This document shows, piece by piece, positions 1 to 4,439 of a stretch of 5,032 nucleotides of DNA (its first letter is position 1; each line of letters starts with the position of its first letter). This DNA is from a virus. The stretch is taken from IMG/VR virus record IMGVR_UViG_3300020030_000096, positions 1-5,032 of that record. One strand, 5' to 3'. The position numbers and the translations under genes were made by a program. Under the pieces are notes generated by a model, which ran no database searches, had not been told where the DNA came from, and worked only from the letters and a program-made list of their open reading frames with translations.

Positions 1-121
1 CCACGCGAGGACTGATTAGAAGAATCTCCAGTGTTGCGCCCGCGTCTGTACTTAGACTTCGGACTTAGCAGGCGCGGGCGCTTTGGTGTCCGGGTCGAAC
101 GGAGGAACGAAAGCATTTGCA
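1..121. repeat. Terminal redundancy (circular-genome assembly overlap), identical to 4912-5032
   Basis: Base-by-base comparison shows 1-121 equals 4912-5032 exactly (offset 4911). The junction falls inside a hairpin loop and next to the 3' end of a gene, which fits a linearised circle rather than a biological terminal repeat. Confidence 0.95.
36..81. other. GC-clamp hairpin spanning the stop codon of the VP5-like gene (second copy at 4947-4992)
   Basis: Arm 36-44 GCGCCCGCG pairs perfectly with 73-81 CGCGGGCGC (9 G:C pairs). The stem extends 46-48/69-71 after one T/G mismatch. The 20-nt loop (49-68) reads t-ACTTAG-ACTTCGG-ACTTAG, three tandem ACTT units. Confidence 0.7.
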
Positions 122-345
122 GCAGCAACCTGCGTCGGAGCACAAGCTACAAGCTCGCCAGTCTCGTCAGAATACTGACCAATTTCGTAAAGGAAAAAAT
201 CGTCTGGATGCTGACCAACGGTAGTACGACTATCGCGAACGAGATCAGAAAAAGACCGAGATGCATCAGCAGCAGAACGACTGAAAAACGGCGTATTAAA
301 AACCTGAAGTTTAGAGTCGAAAACGGAAAAAACTTTAAGGATCAT
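52..345 (-). CDS. VP5: VP5-like small nonstructural protein of gokushoviruses (97 aa)
   Basis: Complete ORF with ATG at 345-343 and TAA at 54-52. The N-terminus MILKVFSVFDSKLQVFNTPFF...RSFSDLV...HPDDFFLYEIGQYSDETGEL matches my recollection of the conserved pattern (M..K.F.V.D.K...F..PFF...A.R.F......HP.DF.L.EIG.fDd.tG) of the small protein found next to VP4 in gokushoviruses. Its ATG overlaps the VP4 stop as ATGA. Codons are rich in third-position T, like the other genes. Confidence 0.75.
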   Translation of the reverse strand: MILKVFSVFDSKLQVFNTPFFSRSAADASRSFSDLVRDSRTTVGQHPDDFFLYEIGQYSDETGELVACAPTQVAAANAFVPPFDPDTKAPAPAKSEV

Positions 346-1259
346 GATTGATTCTCTTCCATAACGCGTCTGAGTTTAGCAGCTTTCAATTCTTGGACGC
401 GTTCACGAACTGAAAGACGATGAGGTGAAGCTTCACCAGTATCTTCAAAATCGCGACCTCGCTTTTCGCGCAATCGCTTAATCTCTTCATAGCGAACAAT
501 ATCAGAACGCTCCAACAACTTATCAAAATAAGCTGGAGGGTTCATCATAATCTTTTCACTAAGAATAAGTCGATCATTAGTATAAATATCAGTCATGTAC
601 TTTTCACAGAAGTCATGACCAATGCCAGGTTTGAGCGAGCAATGACAAAATTCAGCAACTTTACCGTCATAATGCTCAAGCTTCAAAGGACCTGTAATTT
701 TCTTCGTAACATAACGAGCGACGTAAGCGGCAGTCTCAAAGTTGACTGAACCAATCGAACTAAAACCATACGGCCAAAGCTTCTCAAGCGTTGCACTGCG
801 ATAAAGGTTATTGCCTCGACGAATAGACCAGAGCTTTTTATCAACAAAAGTCACGCCAAAAATAACGGCGTGATAATGAGGACGTCCAAGCTTATCGCCA
901 TATTCACCGCACATGAAAAAACGAAGCTGTTGACCAAAACGACTCATGAAGTACTTACGCATACGCTTCATGAACAACTGAAAGTGCTCGTAATGAAGTG
1001 AAGCATCGGCAGGCAAATGAGCATCATCATAAGTCAGCGTAAGAAACATGTTGTTCTTATGTGACTTAGCTTCAACAACACATCGAGCAGCCCATTCACG
1101 AGACTTAGAAAGTCGACAGCCAATACATTGACCGCAAGGAATTTTGAACTCAGAAAAAGGAATCGCTTTGGAAGAATCAAAAGTTATGGCATTGCGATTG
1201 CCATTCTTGGTCTTTGTACCAGCCAGACGATAGGCAGTTATTGGGTGATAGCAAGGCAT
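342..1259 (-). CDS. VP4: VP4 replication initiation protein (HUH rolling-circle endonuclease), 305 aa from ATG 1259; ORF open to an in-frame TTG at 1271 (309 aa)
   Basis: Rolling-circle Rep motifs are present in order: motif I FLTLTY, motif II (HUH) RPHYHAVIFG, motif III with catalytic Tyr AAYVARYVTKK. The Cys cluster PCGQCIGCRLSKSREWAARC is typical of microvirus VP4. The N-terminus MPCYHPITAYR is typical of the family, so ATG 1259 is preferred over TTG 1271. No Shine-Dalgarno precedes either start. Confidence 0.93.
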   Translation of the reverse strand: MPCYHPITAYRLAGTKTKNGNRNAITFDSSKAIPFSEFKIPCGQCIGCRLSKSREWAARCVVEAKSHKNNMFLTLTYDDAHLPADASLHYEHFQLFMKRMRKYFMSRFGQQLRFFMCGEYGDKLGRPHYHAVIFGVTFVDKKLWSIRRGNNLYRSATLEKLWPYGFSSIGSVNFETAAYVARYVTKKITGPLKLEHYDGKVAEFCHCSLKPGIGHDFCEKYMTDIYTNDRLILSEKIMMNPPAYFDKLLERSDIVRYEEIKRLREKRGRDFEDTGEASPHRLSVRERVQELKAAKLRRVMEENQS

Positions 1260-1468
1260 TTTTCGAGACAAGCCATATGCAATTCACGAAGAATCGTTTC
1301 ACGAGTAGAGCGAGAACGAACTTGGAAAGAAATTAAAGAAGTCCAAGGACGGTCGCGATAAAGCGTCCAAGTCACGAGCTTGCGACGACCAACATAAGTC
1401 GATTCGCCAGGCACAAGCCAACAGACACCAAAATCCTTAAGGGTAAGACGAAAAGCCGCGGAAGCCAT
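1238..1468 (-). CDS. Orphan hypothetical protein, 76 aa from ATG 1468 (ORF track starts it at TTG 1477, 79 aa)
   Basis: Sense-strand ORF filling the VP8-VP4 gap. About 40 of 76 codons end in T and Arg is mostly CGT, the same bias as VP1, VP8 and the other clear genes. It ends 22 nt inside VP4, which lacks its own SD, so it may couple VP4 translation. It has no SD of its own and I recognise no motif. Confidence 0.5.
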   Translation of the reverse strand: MASAAFRLTLKDFGVCWLVPGESTYVGRRKLVTWTLYRDRPWTSLISFQVRSRSTRETILRELHMACLEKCLAITQ

Positions 1469-1545
1469 AGATAGCAAAGTTTCAAATGAAGAAGATGTTC
1501 AAAATGATAACTATGACGACCGCGACAGGTAAATAGTGTTAACGC

Positions 1546-1668
1546 TTAAATGCGGAAACCGCCACGCATTGGCGTAGCACGAGTATTCAAAGTCTTCGTA
1601 CGAGAAGCACCTTTACGGAAAATACGCTTAGATGCCTTACGAGAAAGCTTATGACGACGACGAAACAT
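1546..1668 (-). CDS. VP8: Small basic DNA-binding/packaging protein (phiX174 J analogue, gokushovirus VP8/ORF8-like), 40 aa
   Basis: Hand translation gives MFRRRHKLSRKASKRIFRKGASRTKTLNTRATPMRGGFRI, with 14 of 40 residues Arg/Lys. The C-terminal PMRGGxR motif is characteristic of these proteins. SD GAGG at 1677-1674 sits 5 nt before ATG 1668-1666; stop TAA at 1548-1546. It is too short to appear in the supplied ORF track. Confidence 0.85.
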   Translation of the reverse strand: MFRRRHKLSRKASKRIFRKGASRTKTLNTRATPMRGGFRI

Positions 1669-1675
1669 ATAAACC

Positions 1676-1774
1676 TCACTTTTTAAAAAGTTTCTTAACG
1701 GCTTTAAAGGCCTTCCAAATCGCAGAACCAGAGTTCAGCAAAACACTAACAAACTTTAAAATCGCATCTATCAT
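1676..1774 (-). CDS. Predicted 32-aa cationic amphipathic micro-protein MIDAILKFVSVLLNSGSAIWKAFKAVKKLFKK
   Basis: ATG 1774-1772 overlaps the VP2 stop TGA 1773-1771 (ATGA coupling). Its own stop TGA 1678-1676 is embedded in the SD of VP8. It fills an otherwise unexplained 102-nt gap in a compact genome, and 14 of 32 codons end in T. It corresponds to the C-terminal half of track ORF 1676..1867. There is no separate SD. Confidence 0.45.
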   Translation of the reverse strand: MIDAILKFVSVLLNSGSAIWKAFKAVKKLFKK

Positions 1775-2391
1775 TTCGCAAGACGAGCAGCACCAACAGC
1801 GGAATTTACAACCGGAGCAGATGTGCCGAACGGATTCAAAAGTTGCATCCATTGGCCGAAAGACCAAGCTCCAGAGTGATTTTTCATATAGTCAAAGGCC
1901 ATTTTGTGTCTTTCAGTCTCTAGCGCAGAATTAGCAGTCTTAAGCTTCTCTTGAGCCCATTGCTCTTTAAGAATGTAATTAGTCAACGCTTGAGTAGCAA
2001 CGGCTTCAAGAGAACGATTAGCTTCAAAATCAACACGCTTTTCCTCAGTTTTATTCAAAGCAGTCTGACTTTCAGCCTGACGAGCTGAAGAAACGCTCTG
2101 CTGTGTCTGAGCTTTGATCAAATCTTCCTGAGACCTGCCAAGAGAGGCTTCAACAGCCTTGGCAGACGCACCAGAGACATCAGGAGCCTCGATGATAGGA
2201 GCATTACCAGGAGCACCAGAACCTCCAGTTGCAGTCAGTATTGGATTAAGACCTGCTTTACGCAAGTCATCAACTTCCCACAGATGTCGATTCTGCATCA
2301 CCTCTTTCTGATGCTTCCAATTGAAATAAGAAGCAAGAGCAGAAGTACCAATACTAGCAGCACCACCAGCTAAAGCAGTCCAAGCTGACAT
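1771..2391 (-). CDS. VP2: VP2 minor capsid / DNA pilot protein (206 aa)
   Basis: It sits immediately downstream of VP1. It has a Gly/Ala/Ser-rich N-terminus and the conserved VP2 core ...QNRHLWEVDDLRKAGLNPILTATGG... (the xxDLkaAGLNPxL signature of gokushovirus VP2). AGGA lies about 9 nt upstream of ATG 2391-2389. Confidence 0.85.
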   Translation of the reverse strand: MSAWTALAGGAASIGTSALASYFNWKHQKEVMQNRHLWEVDDLRKAGLNPILTATGGSGAPGNAPIIEAPDVSGASAKAVEASLGRSQEDLIKAQTQQSVSSARQAESQTALNKTEEKRVDFEANRSLEAVATQALTNYILKEQWAQEKLKTANSALETERHKMAFDYMKNHSGAWSFGQWMQLLNPFGTSAPVVNSAVGAARLAK

Positions 2392-2392
2392 A

Positions 2393-2455
2393 TCACTGTC
2401 CTAAAGCAAAGATAACGATCACACCTACAGCAGCAAGCCAAAAAACTAAAGCCAT
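2393..2455 (-). CDS. Predicted 20-aa hydrophobic (single transmembrane span) micro-protein MALVFWLAAVGVIVIFALGQ
   Basis: Hand translation of the VP1-VP2 spacer. SD GAGG (2464-2461) sits 5 nt before ATG 2455-2453, as good as or better than the sites of the other genes. Stop TGA 2395-2393 lies 1 nt before the VP2 ATG, and the VP2 SD sits inside its last codons. 10 of 20 codons end in T. There are no charged residues, and 17 consecutive apolar residues (A2-L18) could approximately span a membrane. Confidence 0.55.
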   Translation of the reverse strand: MALVFWLAAVGVIVIFALGQ

Positions 2456-2465
2456 ATCAACCTCA

Positions 2466-4097
2466 TTAAAAATGATCAACCAGACCAGGAACAGAATAGA
2501 CAGGCATCGGACGAGCACACTTCAAACGAATATACGAGTCAAACAAAAATTGCGGTTCACTAGTCACAGCAACAACTCGCTCGACAGGCGGATTATCTTG
2601 AATAAATTGAGACGAAAGAGCTGGCAAAGAGCTGAACTTCTGCGCTAAATGCCAACTATCCAACGGCTGAGGATCAGTTGAGCGGAATTTCCCTGTAATC
2701 TGGCCGGGATAATAACGATACTCAGCGTAGCGTTCTTGATAACCAAAAACCTTGTCATCATCAACAGTGCCTTGCGCATAAATTTCTTTATTGAGAACAG
2801 CTTGTTCGCCAAGGTGCGCAAGCACAGGCCAATAAAAATCAAAGCGACCTTGGCGTGACCACATGCGATTCAGACCTTGCTGGTAAGTCAGGTCAGCACG
2901 AACATTCACAAAACCAAAGACATAGCCGTGCTCGACAAAAGACTTCGAGAAACCATGGAACGAATCTGAGACCACACCAAAAGCAGCCAGATTTCCTTGC
3001 GGAGTCGTCTCATTAGTAGCTGAGGTCTGCTGAACAGGGTTGATCGAAATACGAGCAGATGAACCGCCAAGGTATTCAGGACGTTGCAAACGAGCATCAG
3101 GCGAGATCACGCCGAAGTGAGAGCGAAGAATTTCTGTGTATCGCGTACCGCCGCGAGCGTCGCGTTCATAAAGCTTTTGGATCTGGAAAGCTTGACGGAG
3201 ATCATTAATTGAGATCGGCGTAGCTGTTGAAAGGTCAGCAGTACCAGAAAAGCTAAGGGCAGGATCTTTCCAGCGCAAAATACCACGCGCGGCTTGATGC
3301 TGAGAGCCAGCATCAAATTTAGCCTTCACGGTGTCAAAACCAAAATTGTTAGTATCGCCAGTAAGCGACAAAGAGCCAATGGAAATTTGATTCGTTTGAA
3401 TCAGATCAGTCGAAAAATCAAAAAGAGGAGAACCATTGCCAACAACGCTACCTGAAAGCGAAGCACTACCACCAATTGAAATTTCTACACCTGGGCCTTT
3501 TTGCGGCCACGGCAAACAAGACGTGAAATAGTCATGACGCTTACCACGACGAACCAAACTGTAATCAGAAAAATTATCTGGACCATCACCGGTCGGAACT
3601 TTCAAAGATTCTTGAAGATTCTCATCTCTAAACCATTCATTGAAAATGAGATTGTAAGCGCGGAAAGGAAGCGCATTTACTTTCAAAGCTTTATTGACAT
3701 TCGTCGGAAGACCGAAATAATCCCAAAGCGTCTGATTCTGAACATTCGTACCAGAGACCGTCGGAATTAAAAAGTCTGTTGAATCAGTTGGATTCTTCTG
3801 CTCACCATTGAACTTCTGCCAATTGTCCCAAACAAGCCGATTGGGAACAAAGAAGAAGAAAGTCTCCAGATAAAGATTGTCCATAAAGGGAACAATCGGA
3901 GTAGCTAAACGAGCAAACAAAGTAGCTGTCAGCTTAAAAGAATCTCCTGGAAGAACTTCATCGACATAAAAAGGTACAAGATAACCAGAATTAAAAGTTG
4001 TCTTATAACCATGAGAGCGGTCAAAAACCGATCGAGGAATCTGAGTCGAAGGAATCTGAGAGAACAGATGCTGAGTAGAACGATTAACAGATGACAT
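2466..4097 (-). CDS. VP1: VP1 major capsid protein (543 aa), Microviridae F-protein family, gokushovirus type
   Basis: The size and N-terminus (...HLFSQIPSTQIPRSVFDRSHGYKTTFNSGYLVPFYVDEVLPGDSF...) match the conserved gokushovirus VP1 opening (RS.FD.S...KTTF..G.L.P....EVLPGD.F). An in-frame TAG immediately precedes ATG 4097-4095. Third-position T bias is strong. Confidence 0.95.
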   Translation of the reverse strand: MSSVNRSTQHLFSQIPSTQIPRSVFDRSHGYKTTFNSGYLVPFYVDEVLPGDSFKLTATLFARLATPIVPFMDNLYLETFFFFVPNRLVWDNWQKFNGEQKNPTDSTDFLIPTVSGTNVQNQTLWDYFGLPTNVNKALKVNALPFRAYNLIFNEWFRDENLQESLKVPTGDGPDNFSDYSLVRRGKRHDYFTSCLPWPQKGPGVEISIGGSASLSGSVVGNGSPLFDFSTDLIQTNQISIGSLSLTGDTNNFGFDTVKAKFDAGSQHQAARGILRWKDPALSFSGTADLSTATPISINDLRQAFQIQKLYERDARGGTRYTEILRSHFGVISPDARLQRPEYLGGSSARISINPVQQTSATNETTPQGNLAAFGVVSDSFHGFSKSFVEHGYVFGFVNVRADLTYQQGLNRMWSRQGRFDFYWPVLAHLGEQAVLNKEIYAQGTVDDDKVFGYQERYAEYRYYPGQITGKFRSTDPQPLDSWHLAQKFSSLPALSSQFIQDNPPVERVVAVTSEPQFLFDSYIRLKCARPMPVYSVPGLVDHF

Positions 4098-4107
4098 CTA
4101 AAAATCC

Positions 4108-4118
4108 ATATATATATA
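4108..4118. repeat. (AT)n microsatellite-like tract atatatatata between the upstream hairpin/T-run and the VP1 start
   Basis: Read directly from the sequence. It lies 11 nt upstream of the VP1 ATG on the sense strand. Confidence 0.8.
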
Positions 4119-4124
4119 GATAAC

Positions 4125-4164
4125 AAAAAAGGCGGCTAAGTCCAAAAGCCTCGACTCAGCCGCC
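4125..4164 (-). terminator. Intrinsic-terminator-like hairpin plus T6, 28 nt upstream of the VP1 start
   Basis: Arms 4131-4142 and 4153-4164 form 11 Watson-Crick pairs. The single A/C mismatch on the + strand becomes a G.U wobble in minus-sense RNA, giving a continuous 12-bp stem only in the sense transcript. The loop is 10 nt. Sense-strand TTTTTT (4130-4125) follows; no T-run follows on the + strand. Confidence 0.6.
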
Positions 4165-4216
4165 TTACGGATCAAAAACCCAAGACTCCGGAAAGCTTTA
4201 TCACCGTACAACGAAG

Positions 4217-4244
4217 CATATACCACAAAGCAAAGAGAAAGCAA
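4217..4244 (-). promoter_or_regulatory. Weak candidate sigma70-type promoter (sense strand): -35 TTGCTT (4244-4239), 16-nt spacer, extended -10 TGgTATATG (4225-4217)
   Basis: By-eye match only: -35 is 3/6 and -10 is 4/6, plus a TGn extension. The host is unknown. Confidence 0.2.
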
Positions 4245-4256
4245 ACATCGAAGCAA
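4228..4256. repeat. Three helically phased copies of AAGCAA (sense TTGCTT) at 4228, 4239 and 4251
   Basis: The first two copies extend to AAAGCAAA (4227-4234 and 4238-4245). Spacing is 11 and 12 nt, about one helical turn. The array ends 10 nt from the downstream direct repeat of the candidate origin. Confidence 0.6.
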
Positions 4257-4265
4257 TGCGTTAAA

Positions 4266-4282
4266 TACCCGCGCGCAGATCG
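4266..4282. repeat. Direct repeat copy 1 (tacccgCgcgcaGatcg) flanking the long hairpin
   Basis: 15 of 17 positions are identical to 4332-4348. Both differences are transitions. Both copies are followed by GAG (copy 2 after a 2-nt insertion). Confidence 0.85.
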
Positions 4283-4288
4283 GAGTGT

Positions 4289-4329
4289 CACCGGAACCAG
4301 TTACATCAAGTAAGTAACTGGTTCCGGTG
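4289..4329 (-). other. Perfect 16-bp stem / 9-nt loop hairpin; candidate viral-strand (rolling-circle) origin
   Basis: Arm 4289-4304 caccggaaccagttac is the exact reverse complement of 4314-4329. The loop on the sense strand reads TTACTTGAT, which contains ACTTGAT, the heptamer spanning the gpA cleavage site in the phiX174 origin (CAACTTG/ATATTAATAAC). Confidence 0.55.
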
Positions 4330-4331
4330 TG

Positions 4332-4348
4332 TACCCGTGCGCAAATCG
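4332..4348. repeat. Direct repeat copy 2 (tacccgTgcgcaAatcg) flanking the long hairpin
   Basis: See copy 1. The offset between copies is 66 nt. Confidence 0.85.
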
Positions 4349-4359
4349 TTGAGATATCT

Positions 4360-4389
4360 AAAAAAAAAGATCGCCGCAAACGGGCGATC
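4360..4389 (-). terminator. Rho-independent terminator downstream of VP3
   Basis: GC-rich stem GATCGCC (4369-4375) pairs with GGCGATC (4383-4389), with a possible eighth pair, and a short loop. On the sense strand it is followed immediately by nine T (4368-4360). Confidence 0.75.
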
Positions 4390-4401
4390 GAAAGGATTTT
4401 G

Positions 4402-4422
4402 AAGGGATGGAAACCATCCCTT
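4402..4422. other. Perfect 9-bp / 3-nt-loop hairpin just after the VP3 stop
   Basis: AAGGGATGG aaa CCATCCCTT. No T-run follows on either strand. Confidence 0.7.
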
Positions 4423-4439
4423 ATATGAGTTATTAGTAA

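Noticed and set aside
61-69. 9-mer GGACTTAGC in the GC-clamp loop is the reverse complement of GCTAAGTCC in the 4131-4164 hairpin (4135-4143)
   Set aside because: Dozens of inverted 9-mer matches are expected by chance among all position pairs in a 4.9-kb sequence, and the match has no supporting context.
1-121. Interpreting the identical ends as biological direct terminal repeats or LTR-like elements
   Set aside because: Microviridae genomes are covalently closed circles. The repeat boundary cuts through a hairpin loop and a gene, and removing one copy yields a coherent circular gene map, so this is an assembly or linearisation artefact.
31-351. Plus-strand ORFs 31..351, 1128..1361, 1632..1934 and 3501..3770
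   Set aside because: All are antisense to conserved microvirus genes (VP5, VP4, VP2/VP8 and VP1). They have Arg/Lys/Ser-rich compositions typical of antisense frames and lack SD sequences and recognisable motifs.
1494-1521. Weak dif-like sequence on the sense strand in the VP8-VP4 noncoding gap (GGTCGTCATAG-TTATCA-TTTTGAACATC). The GTGCGCA core in direct repeat 4332-4348 and GTTAAAT at 4259-4265 were also considered.
   Set aside because: The matches are only 7/11 plus 5/11. The other fragments are isolated half-site resemblances in the wrong arrangement, so the evidence for an XerCD attachment site is insufficient. A proper scan with host-specific dif models would be needed.
1676-1867. 63-aa version of the ORF downstream of VP2, starting inside VP2
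   Set aside because: The upstream 31 codons overlap VP2 out of frame and give an implausible Cys/Trp-rich sequence. The ATGA junction at 1774 is a more parsimonious start, so only the 32-aa part is reported.
2771-2798. dif-like sequence CTTGCGCATAA-ATTTCT-TTATTGAGAAC (XerC arm 9/11, XerD arm 6/11 versus E. coli dif GGTGCGCATAATGTATATTATGTTAAAT). I searched for this because some gokushoviruses are reported to integrate at dif via host XerCD.
   Set aside because: It lies inside the VP1 coding sequence, so integration there would destroy the capsid gene. The outer XerD-arm half, normally the best conserved part, does not match. About one 9/11 XerC-arm match is expected by chance in a sequence this size.
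2645-3316. Out-of-frame minus-strand ORFs inside VP1 (2645..2842, 2906..3097, 3107..3316)
   Set aside because: They are hydrophobic, Leu-rich products expected from frame-shifting a gene with T-rich third positions. They have no SD and no independent support.
4098-4379. 93-aa minus-strand ORF covering the large intergenic region
   Set aside because: It starts at a TTG inside a terminator loop with no SD, and its only internal Met codon lies 3 codons from the C-terminus. It reads through a T9 run, a perfect 16-bp palindrome and a second terminator. Its Arg codons (CGG, CGA, AGG) differ from the CGT preference of the real genes. The repeated ICARV peptide only reflects the in-frame 66-nt spacing of the direct repeats.
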